Under the pieces are notes generated by a model. That model made no database searches and was not told where the DNA came from. It saw nothing but the letters and a program-made list of their open reading frames with translations. The position numbers and the translations under genes are program-made. Below, in pieces: positions 1 through 10,200 of a DNA stretch of 34,678 bases; the stretch's first letter is position 1, and every line of letters starts with the position of its first letter. Source of the stretch: Diplonema japonicum (lineage: Eukaryota > Protista > Euglenozoa: Diplonemea); NCBI GenBank assembly GCA_964019335.1, contig OZ025774.1, positions 1 to 34,678 of the forward strand. Reading direction: 5' to 3'.

Positions 1-430
1 GGCATCTCCTTCTGTACTATGCCATGGTATGTACTACAGGATGTACTACTGATATCATACTATCTGTATTGGGGATACATCCTCTGTGTGTCTGCCCATA
101 CTTAGGATAGTACTGCTTAGAGGTATTCATGCTTAGTTAGTATCCTTACCAGCATGTTCTCCTCATTATGAGGTACATGGTTGGTAGAGTATACCGCCAC
201 CATCCTCATGAGATGGTATGGCTAGAGAGCACACCACATCCTTGGGATGCATTGGTGTGTGTACTCCCAGGATATACATGCCTGTACTCTCTGTACTACT
301 GATAGTACTACATGCATTACCTGTGCTAGCTAGGAATGGTATGAGTACTTACCACTGTACTTACTACAGGATGTACTATTGGTAGTACTGGTAGCACTAC
401 ATTGTATCCACAGCACAGGGATGTACTTCC

Positions 431-685
431 CTCTGCTATGCTCTATTAGTAGTGCTTGATGACCTCGTAGTCTTCTACGCTCTCTTTGAGGTCATGCTCC
501 TGCTTATCTATGGGTACATGCACCAGCACAGTGTGAGCAGCAGAAGTGCTTATGCCATGTACATGTTAGCTACGTACACAGTGCTTGGCTCTGCTGTGTT
601 AGCTGTAGCTATGATACTGATGTACATACTCACAGGAGCTAGTGCTTCCATGTACATGAGTGCAGTACTTCCTTCTCTGCTTAAC
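431..685 (+). CDS. nad4: NADH dehydrogenase subunit 4, internal gene module (fragment)
   Basis: LCYALLVVLDDLVVFYALFEVMLLLIYGYMHQHSVSSRSAYAMYMLATYTVLGSAVLAVAMILMYILTG matches the Nad4/NuoM pattern DLxxFYxxFE...R.yA...YTlxGS. No true start; bounded by spacer motifs and in-frame TAGs (392, 686). Confidence 0.88.
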
Positions 686-948
686 TAGGATATCCTACTG
701 ACAGTACTGGTGGTATTCCCACAGGCATTGTTGCCTAGGATGTACACCACCACTCCATCCCTAGAACAGGGATAATGGAGTAGCTACTGATAGTACTACA
801 TGCATTACCTGTGCTAGCTAGGAATGGTATGAGTACTTACTACTGTACTTACTGATAGTATGACAGTACTGATGCAGCCACAGCATGAGCAGGAGCATCT
901 CCTTCTCTGCTTAGCTAGGATGTACTACTGATAGTACTGATAGCACTA

Positions 949-1200
949 CTACGGTGACTGTGCTGGTGCTGTTCACAGGAGCAGTATCTCGTAGAGCACC
1001 AGGTATCACAGAAGGACGAAGGCACCACTGTCTAGTGATCCACCAGCATGATGGCTAGATGGTATCCCTGCATCATAGCTGCTTACATCATGTACTAGCA
1101 TCTGTAGGGATGCTGTGCTCTTGGCTAGGGCATAAGCTATGCTCATCATAGCTACACCTAATGCTAGAGCTACCATTCCCTGAGTATGATGATAGAGCAC
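949..1200 (-). CDS. nad3: Divergent NADH dehydrogenase subunit 3, 5' module (TM1-loop-TM2; TM3 absent)
   Basis: With TGA=Trp the ORF extends to the TAG at 949-951: MVALALGVAMMSIAYALAKSTASLQMLVHDVSSYDAGIPSSHHAGGSLDSGAFVLLWYLVLYEILLLWTAPAQSP. It aligns without gaps to the Nad3 consensus [40 protein letters not shown] (S, Y, G, A, D, D/E and P in register). ATG at 1176-1174. Confidence 0.68.
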
Positions 1201-1888
1201 TACATGAGTATGACATCATCTATAGTACTAGGATATACTACTGATAGTACTGATAGCACTACATGCATTGGCATGAGTACTTACCATTGTACTTACTACA
1301 GGATATACTACTGATAGTACTAGTAGCACTACATGCATTGGCATGAGCAGGAGCATCTCCTTCTCTGCTCTACTGGATATACTCTCTGTAGTACTGGTGG
1401 TATTCCCACAGGCATTGTTGCCTAGGATGTACACCACCACCATTCCCTTCTCTAGGGATAATGGAGTAGCTACAGTATGAGGTACATGGTTACTAGAGTA
1501 TACCGCCACCATCCTCATGACTAGGATATGAGGTACATGGTTACTAGAGTATACTGCCAGCATACTCTGTAGATGGTATGGCTAGAGAGCACAGCTGCTC
1601 TTCTAGTAGATAATACCTCTACTCTGTACATCCCATGATCCATGCATGACATGATCTATGGTAATGATACCGTTAGTGGTATGCTCCATGATGTCATGGC
1701 TAGAGAGATGGTGTGTTCTCCCCACTCTCTGGATATGCTGGCATCCTTAGGATGTACCATCATGCCATGATATGATAATACTACTACTATGATAAGTAGG
1801 CATACACACTGTGTTAGTGCTAGTACATGTATATCATATACTGTATGTACTACTACACAGAGTACTTACATGATAAGTAGTATGCTGG

Positions 1889-2474
1889 TATCTCTACAGA
1901 CACTCTCAGGATGTGGTGGTGTCTAGAGATGGTGGTCCAAGCTAGGGATCCTGGGATCTAGAGGTTGGGTCTCCACCCCTGGGATCCTGGGATCTAGAGA
2001 AGGGGTCCCCATCCCCAGGATGATGTCATGAGGGGATGAGTAGGGTTATGATACCATTAATACAGTTAGTACATCACTATGTAATACTAGTATTATGCAT
2101 GTACATATATCCTCCGTATGCATGGGATAGATATATGATACATACACAGTACTTACATAGTATGTAATGATAGTATTATAGTTATCTCTACAGACACTCT
2201 CAGGATGTGGTGGTGTCTAGAGATGGTATCCAAGCTAGGGATCCTGGGATCTAGAGGTTGGGTCTCCACCCCTGGGATCCTGGGATCTAGAGAAGGGGTC
2301 CCCATCCCCAGGATGATGTCATGAGGGGATGAGTAGGGTTATGATACCATTAATACAGTTAGTACATCATTATGTAATACTAGTATTATGCATGTACATA
2401 TATCCCCCGTATACATGGGATAGATATATGATACATACACAGTACTTACATAGTATGTAATGATAGTATTATAG
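1889..2474. repeat. Tandem duplication of a ~294-bp G-rich unit (2 copies in type A, 1 copy in type B at ~26292-26585)
   Basis: tatctctacagacactctcagg starts at 1889 and 2183; contains internal gggatcctgggatctagag repeats. Confidence 0.92.
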
Positions 2475-2535
2475 GTGGTAATAGGAGGGTATATTGAGGG
2501 GTCCCAGAAGGGCTGGATAAGGGGGCATGCTAGGG

Positions 2536-2842
2536 GTTTACGTCCCTGTAGCCCTCCGATTCCTGAACCCCTTCAGGGCTGTATCGGGTGAATTCGTAGA
2601 ATTACCCCGTAGGAGCCCTGGAATGGTTTACGTCCCTGTAGCCCTCCAATATTGGGACACCTCTCTGGGCTCCTACGGGTGATTTCTGCAAATTAACCCG
2701 CTACGTCCCAGAGAATATCTACGTCCCTGTAGCCCTCCACGTCCCTGTAGCCCTCCAATTCCTGAAACCCTTGTGGGACACTACGTAAGAATTATGCAAA
2801 TTACCTCGCTATATCCCCCACGCGCGCGCGCGCGCGTAAGGA
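2536..2842. repeat. Array of three ~90-bp degenerate repeats headed by tacgtccctgtagccctcc, with internal inverted repeats, ending in (CG)8
   Basis: Motif at 2539, 2629 and 2720 (extra 18-bp duplication at ~2739 in unit 1 only). Inverted arms: cagggct/agccctg at 2574/2614 and tctctggg/cccagaga at 2662/2707. Confidence 0.9.
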
Positions 2843-3475
2843 TAACTGTTAGGATAGTAAGGTGCCCCCCAAGGTGTCCCCAAAGGGGTAGGGTATAGGA
2901 CCCCCAATATAAGGGGGGTACAGAGAGGGGGGGTTAGGATAAGGGTCTAATACATAGGGGTTAGTTAGTAGACAGTGTGTAGGGGCTAATACCACAGTAT
3001 ACAAGGGATAATGTACTACCCCATACCAGTGGTTACATACTCTCTGCTAACAGTGTGTGTCCCTGGTAACAGTGTGTGTCCCTGCTAACAGGTACTTACT
3101 ACAGGCCCCCAGACGTGCCCTGCTATGGAATCCCCTGTTATGAGATACCACCACCAGACACCCTACTTGTGCTACCCCCAGAGAACACACCCTTCTGCTG
3201 GTGTTCCTGTTAGTTGGTGTTATCCCCAGATGTATAGCTACACCCTTCTGGAGCACTGCTTGTGCTACTACATGTATTACTACACACTGTCTGTGTTACT
3301 CTCTGTGTTAGTGTGTAGTGTGTTACTGTACTTAGCTAAACAGTGTGCTTCCTCTTGTATGTTATGGATATCAGTACCTCTGGATATACTCCCCACAGGC
3401 CTCCGTACCTCTGCTAACAGGTCCTAGCATCCCTAATCCCAGGATCTAAGGGTTCCGAGGGGGTCCCAATCTAGG

Positions 3476-3584
3476 GGTTTACGTCCCTGTAGCTATGCAA
3501 TTCCTGAAACCCTTGTGGGACACTACGGATGAATTCGTAGAATTACCTCGCTATATCCCCCACGCGCGCGCGCGCGCGTAAGGA
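3476..3584. repeat. Fourth, dispersed copy of the tacgtccctgtagc element ending in (CG)8
   Basis: tacgtccctgtagc...caattcctgaaacccttgtgggacactacg...aattacctcgctatatccccca(cg)8taagga, closely matching 2740-2842. Confidence 0.9.
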
Positions 3585-4259
3585 CATGAGTCCATATACA
3601 GGTCTCTACACCCTAATCCCCAGGTTAAAGCACCCTTTCTAAGGATACCTCTGTACAGCACACCCGTTATCAGGGGTTACACACTCTCTGCTGTTCTCTG
3701 ATAATGTGTAGTTACTGTACTTACTGTTATCCCATGCATACTGTGGTATTACGTACTTCACACTGTCTATGTTCCTGTGTTATGGTACTTAGCTAAACAG
3801 TGTGTCTGTACTACCACCTGTATATGCTCCCCACAGGTATCCCCAGATGTATAGCCACACCCTTATGGGATGATGTACTTACTATTAACATGTACTTCCA
3901 TAGTTACTTACTTAGATACACTGTGTGAATACTGGTGCAACAACATATTCACTGTGTTACACTGTCTGTACTAATGGTAGCACTACATGTCCCTAATACT
4001 ACAGTATACAAGGGATAATGTACTACCTACATATTACTAGATATACCCTATACACCTAGATACCCCCTTTTAGGCCTGAAATGAGGTCCGAGGCTCACCG
4101 GGCCTTTTCCCAAAAAGGGGATATCATTTCTCAGAATTGGTCTGGGACCATTCCCTTGAGTCTTCGAATAGAATGAGGTACCTACCAATAAAGTGGTATT
4201 TGGGTATGCCCATAATCACCCCATATGACCTATCCTCTAGACACCCTATTATCTATGGT

Positions 4260-6090
4260 AGTACTACATGCCTCCATTGTGCTCTATGCACTACATACTA
4301 TGTATTCCCTATGTACATACAGTATGTATTGGTGTGCATGATATCATATACAGTACATAGCACTGCATCCTGTGCATTGGTGCCATTGCCTGTGCTACTA
4401 GATATGCCCCTGTTCCTATCCTTCGTACTTCTCCAGATTAGCGGTTTATTAGTTCTCATGATTCCACTACTTCTGGTATTCCCTCTCTGCACACCTCTGT
4501 ACTACTGACAGCACTAGATATCATAGTTAGCACAGTATGTATCCCCCTGTGCTCTATGCACTACATACTATGTATTCCCTATGTACATACAGTATGTATT
4601 GGTGTGCATGATATCATATACAGTACATGGCACCACCACAGCTACTGGTGGTATTACCTGTGTTAGCTGGAGATGGTGTACTTCATACTCCTGGTATTCT
4701 CTGAGTTAGTACTTCTAGTATTCCACAGGTTCCTCCACTCTCAGGATACCTGTGCTACTGATATCATACTATGTACTAGCCATGATACCTATGACAGTAC
4801 TACATGCATCCATTGCACATGTAGCACTACACAGGATATATGCTCATGCATACTGTGTGTGTACTGGTGGTAGGATATGCTCTATGCCACACACTCAGTG
4901 TATTGGTGGCATTACCTGTGTTAGTACTCCTGGTATTCCACTGGTTCCATACTCCTGTGTTCTCAGGGAATGGTGCCACTAGATATCTACTGCACAGCTA
5001 ACATGGCATCTCCTTCTGTACTATGCCATGGTATGTACTACAGGATGTACTACATGCATCCATTGCACATGTAGCACTACACAGGATATATGCTCATGCA
5101 TACTGTGTGTATTGGTGTGCATGATATCATATACAGTACATGGCACCACCACAGCTACTGGTGGTATTACCTGTGTTAGCTAGAGATGGTGTACTTCAGG
5201 GATTCCCCAAGTTAGTGGTTCTCCTGATTCCACTGCTTCTCTGGGATCACTATCCTTCTCAGGATACCTCTGTACTACTGACAGCACTAGATATCATAGT
5301 TAGCACAGTATGTATCCCCTGTGCTCTATGCACTGCACAGTATGTATCCCTATGTACATACAGTATGTATTGGTGTGCATGATATCATATACAGTACATA
5401 GCACTGCATCCTGTGCATTGGTGCCATTGCCTGTGCTACTAGGATATGACGTACTTCCCTAGTTCCATACTCCTGGTATTCTCTGAGTTAGTACTTTCCC
5501 TAACTTAGGGTTACCACCACTCTCAGGATACCTCTGTACTACTGACAGCACTAGATATCATAGTTAGCACAGTATGTATCCCCTGTGCTCTATGCACTAC
5601 ATACTATGTATTCCCTATGTACATACAGTATGTATTGGTGTGCATGATATCATATACAGTACATGGCACCACCACAGCTACTGGTGGTATTACCTGTGTT
5701 AGCTGGAGATGGTGTACTTCATACTCCTGGTATTCTCTGAGTTAGTACTTCTAGTATTCCACAGGTTCCTCCACTCTCAGGATACCTGTGCTACTGATAT
5801 CATACTATGTACTAGCCATGATACCTATGACAGTACTACATTGCATCCATTGCACATGTAGCACTACACAGGATATATGCTCATGCATACTGTGTGTGTA
5901 CTGGTGGTAGGATATGCTCTATGCCACACACTCAGTGTATTGGTGGCATTACCTGTGTTAGTACTCCTGGTATTCCACTGGTTCCATACTCCTGTGTTCT
6001 CAGGGAATGGTGCCACTAGATATCTACTGCACAGCTAACATGGCATCTCCTTCTGTACTATGCCATGGTATGTACTACAGGATGTACTAC
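4260..6090. repeat. Nested tandem repeat array: ~555-bp block twice (4495, 5531) plus a ~130-250-bp subrepeat family
   Basis: cctctgtactactgacagcactagatatcatagttagcacag at 4495, 5267 and 5531. The large-block spacing is 1036 bp in type A and 780 bp in type B. Confidence 0.9.
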
Positions 6091-6471
6091 TGATATCATA
6101 CTATCTGTATTGGGGATACATCCTCTGTGTGTCTGCCCATACTTAGGATAGTACTGCTTAGAGGTATTCATGCTTAGTTAGTATCCTTACCAGCATGTTC
6201 TCCTCATTATGAGGTACATGGTTGGTAGAGTATACCGCCACCATCCTCATGAGATGGTATGGCTAGAGAGCACACCACATCCTTGGGATGCATTGGTGTG
6301 TGTACTCCCAGGATATACATGCCTGTACTCTCTGTACTACTGATAGTACTACATGCATTACCTGTGCTAGCTAGGAATGGTATGAGTACTTACCACTGTA
6401 CTTACTACAGGATGTACTATTGGTAGTACTGGTAGCACTACATTGTATCCACAGCACAGGGATGTACTTCC

Positions 6472-6726
6472 CTCTGCTATGCTCTATTAGTAGTGCTTGA
6501 TGACCTCGTAGTCTTCTACGCTCTCTTTGAGGTCATGCTCCTGCTTATCTATGGGTACATGCACCAGCACAGTGTGAGCAGCAGAAGTGCTTATGCCATG
6601 TACATGTTAGCTACGTACACAGTGCTTGGCTCTGCTGTGTTAGCTGTAGCTATGATACTGATGTACATACTCACAGGAGCTAGTGCTTCCATGTACATGA
6701 GTGCAGTACTTCCTTCTCTGCTTAAC
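6472..6726 (+). CDS. nad4: nad4 internal module, copy 2
   Basis: Same translation as 431-685. Confidence 0.88.
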
Positions 6727-6989
6727 TAGGATATCCTACTGACAGTACTGGTGGTATTCCCACAGGCATTGTTGCCTAGGATGTACACCACCACTCCATC
6801 CCTAGAACAGGGATAATGGAGTAGCTACTGATAGTACTACATGCATTACCTGTGCTAGCTAGGAATGGTATGAGTACTTACTACTGTACTTACTGATAGT
6901 ATGACAGTACTGATGCAGCCACAGCATGAGCAGGAGCATCTCCTTCTCTGCTTAGCTAGGATGTACTACTGATAGTACTGATAGCACTA

Positions 6990-7241
6990 CTACGGTGACT
7001 GTGCTGGTGCTGTTCACAGGAGCAGTATCTCGTAGAGCACCAGGTATCACAGAAGGACGAAGGCACCACTGTCTAGTGATCCACCAGCATGATGGCTAGA
7101 TGGTATCCCTGCATCATAGCTGCTTACATCATGTACTAGCATCTGTAGGGATGCTGTGCTCTTGGCTAGGGCATAAGCTATGCTCATCATAGCTACACCT
7201 AATGCTAGAGCTACCATTCCCTGAGTATGATGATAGAGCAC
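6990..7241 (-). CDS. nad3: nad3-like module, copy 2
   Basis: Same translation as 949-1200. Confidence 0.68.
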
Positions 7242-10200
7242 TACATGAGTATGACATCATCTATAGTACTAGGATATACTACTGATAGTACTGATAGCAC
7301 TACATGCATTGGCATGAGTACTTACCATTGTACTTACTACAGGATATACTACTGATAGTACTAGTAGCACTACATGCATTGGCATGAGCAGGAGCATCTC
7401 CTTCTCTGCTCTACTGGATATACTCTCTGTAGTACTGGTGGTATTCCCACAGGCATTGTTGCCTAGGATGTACACCACCACCATTCCCTTCTCTAGGGAT
7501 AATGGAGTAGCTACAGTATGAGGTACATGGTTACTAGAGTATACCGCCACCATCCTCATGACTAGGATATGAGGTACATGGTTACTAGAGTATACTGCCA
7601 GCATACTCTGTAGATGGTATGGCTAGAGAGCACAGCTGCTCTTCTAGTAGATAATACCTCTACTCTGTACATCCCATGATCCATGCATGACATGATCTAT
7701 GGTAATGATACCGTTAGTGGTATGCTCCATGATGTCATGGCTAGAGAGATGGTGTGTTCTCCCCACTCTCTGGATATGCTGGCATCCTTAGGATGTACCA
7801 TCATGCCATGATATGATAATACTACTACTATGATAAGTAGGCATACACACTGTGTTAGTGCTAGTACATGTATATCATATACTGTATGTACTACTACACA
7901 GAGTACTTACATGATAAGTAGTATGCTGGTATCTCTACAGACACTCTCTCAGGATGTGGTGGTGTCTAGAGATGGTGGTCCAAGCTAGGGATCCTGGGAT
8001 CTAGAGGTTGGGTCTCCACCCCTGGGATCCTGGGATCTAGAGAAGGGGTCCCCATCCCCAGGATGATGTCATGAGGGATGAGTAGGGCTATGATACCATT
8101 AATACAGTTAGTACATCATTATGTAATACTAGTATTATGCATGTACATATATCCCCCGTATGCATGGGATAGGTATATGATACATACACAGTACTTACAT
8201 AGTATGTAATGATAGTATTATAGTTATCTCTACAGACACTCTCAGGATGTAGTGGTGTCTAGAGATGGTATCCAAGCTAGGGATCCTGGGATCTAGAGGT
8301 TGGGTCTCCACCCCTGGGATCCTGGGATCTAGAGAAGGGGTCCCCATCCCCAGGATGATGTCATGAGGGGATGAGTAGGGCTATGATACCATTAATACAG
8401 TTAGTACATCATTATGTAATACTAGTATTATGCATGTACATATATCCCCCGTATACATGGGATAGATATATGATACATACACAGTACTTACATAGTATGT
8501 AATGATAGTATTATAGGTGGTAATAGGAGGGTATATTGAGGGGTCCCAGAAGGGCTGGATAAGGGGGCATGCTAGGGGTTTACGTCCCTGTAGCCCTCCG
8601 ATTCCTGAACCCCTTCAGGGCTGTATCGGGTGAATTCGTAGAATTACCCCGTAGGAGCCCTGGAATGGTTTACGTCCCTGTAGCCCTCCAATATTGGGAC
8701 ACCTCTCTGGGCTCCTACGGGTGATTTCTGCAAATTAACCCGCTACGTCCCAGAGAATATCTACGTCCCTGTAGCCCTCCAATTCCTGAAACCCTTGTGG
8801 GACACTACGTAAGAATTATGCAAATTACCTCGCTATATCCCCCACGCGCGCGCGCGCGCGTAAGGATAACTGTTAGGATAGTAAGGTGCCCCCCAAGGTG
8901 TCCCCAAAGGGGTAGGGTATAGGACCCCCAATATAAGGGGGGTACAGAGAGGGGGGGTTAGGATAAGGGTCTAATACATAGGGGTTAGTTAGTAGACAGT
9001 GTGTAGGGGCTAATACCACAGTATACAAGGGATAATGTACTACCCCATACCAGTGGTTACATACTCTCTGCTAACAGTGTGTGTCCCTGGTAACAGTGTG
9101 TGTCCCTGCTAACAGGTACTTACTACAGGCCCCCAGACGTGCCCTGCTATGGAATCCCCTGTTATGAGATACCACCACCAGACACCCTACTTGTGCTACC
9201 CCCAGAGAACACACCCTTCTGCTGGTGTTCCTGTTAGTTGGTGTTATCCCCAGATGTATAGCTACACCCTTCTGGAGCACTGCTTGTGCTACTACATGTA
9301 TTACTACACACTGTCTGTGTTACTCTCTGTGTTAGTGTGTAGTGTGTTACTGTACTTAGCTAAACAGTGTGCTTCCTCTTGTATGTTATGGATATCAGTA
9401 CCTCTGGATATACTCCCCACAGGCCTCCGTACCTCTGCTAACAGGTCCTAGCATCCCTAATCCCAGGATCTAAGGGTTCCGAGGGGGTCCCAATCTAGGG
9501 GTTTACGTCCCTGTAGCTATGCAATTCCTGAAACCCTTGTGGGACACTACGGATGAATTCGTAGAATTACCTCGCTATATCCCCCACGCGCGCGCGCGCG
9601 CGTAAGGACATGAGTCCATATACAGGTCTCTACACCCTAATCCCCAGGTTAAAGCACCCTTTCTAAGGATACCTCTGTACAGCACACCCGTTATCAGGGG
9701 TTACACACTCTCTGCTGTTCTCTGATAATGTGTAGTTACTGTACTTACTGTTATCCCATGCATACTGTGGTATTACGTACTTCACACTGTCTATGTTCCT
9801 GTGTTATGGTACTTAGCTAAACAGTGTGTCTGTACTACCACCTGTATATGCTCCCCACAGGTATCCCCAGATGTATAGCCACACCCTTATGGGATGATGT
9901 ACTTACTATTAACATGTACTTCCATAGTTACTTACTTAGATACACTGTGTGAATACTGGTGCAACAACATATTCACTGTGTTACACTGTCTGTACTAATG
10001 GTAGCACTACATGTCCCTAATACTACAGTATACAAGGGATAATGTACTACCTACATATTACTAGATATACCCTATACACCTAGATACCCCCTTTTAGGCC
10101 TGAAATGAGGTCCGAGGCTCACCGGGCCTTTTCCCAAAAAGGGGATATCATTTCTCAGAATTGGTCTGGGACCATTCCCTTGAGTCTTCGAATAGAATGA

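Larger units (their letters stand above)
378..1378. other. Cassette A (chromosome-specific region; copies at +6041, +12065, +18106)
   Basis: Sequence not collinear with units 5/6. Collinearity resumes at atactctctgtagtactggtgg (1379 vs 25782). The left edge is fuzzy because of shared short motifs. Confidence 0.85.
1..6041. repeat. Chromosome unit 1 (type A, nad4/nad3 cassette), 6041 bp
   Basis: The anchor ggcatctccttctgtactatgcc followed by the pre-cassette sequence recurs at 1, 6042, 12066, 18107, 24148 and 29905. The ORF track repeats with the same period. Confidence 0.95.
1379..6418. other. Constant region (non-coding backbone shared by both chromosome types); first full copy
   Basis: Near-identical in all six units whichever cassette they carry; made of nested repeats. 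Confidence 0.9.

Noticed and set aside
950-1225. Plus-strand resemblance to LSU rRNA domain IV/V words (cggtgactgtgc, gacgaaggcacc, ctagggcataagc, hairpin agctatg/catagct followed by cacct, ctacatgag)
   Set aside because: Each match is loose and no convincing A-loop or sarcin-ricin loop is visible, while the minus strand gives an open frame in register with Nad3. Stranded RNA-seq or a covariance-model search would settle it.
1228-1563. 111-aa minus-strand ORF, and related ORFs at 25736-25966, 25138-25353 and 24303-24518
   Set aside because: Translations of spacer or backbone repeat words, or antisense to the cob module; they contain internal repeats and cross cassette boundaries.
2536-2760. 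CRISPR-like repeat-spacer appearance
   Set aside because: Only three 19-bp repeats, the intervening sequences are related to each other, there are no cas genes, and the context is organellar.
2930-3220. Kinetoplast minicircle CSB-3/UMS (GGGGTTGGTGTA) or telomeric TTAGGG arrays
   Set aside because: Only partial look-alikes (ggggttagtt, agttggtgtt); no exact UMS and no tandem telomeric repeat. The circles carry protein-gene pieces rather than evident guide RNA genes.
3047-5382. ORFs of 64-123 aa in the constant region (and all their copies)
   Set aside because: They lie in repeats, have Cys/Tyr/Val-rich low-complexity translations with no family motifs, and several change frame or length between units through indels.
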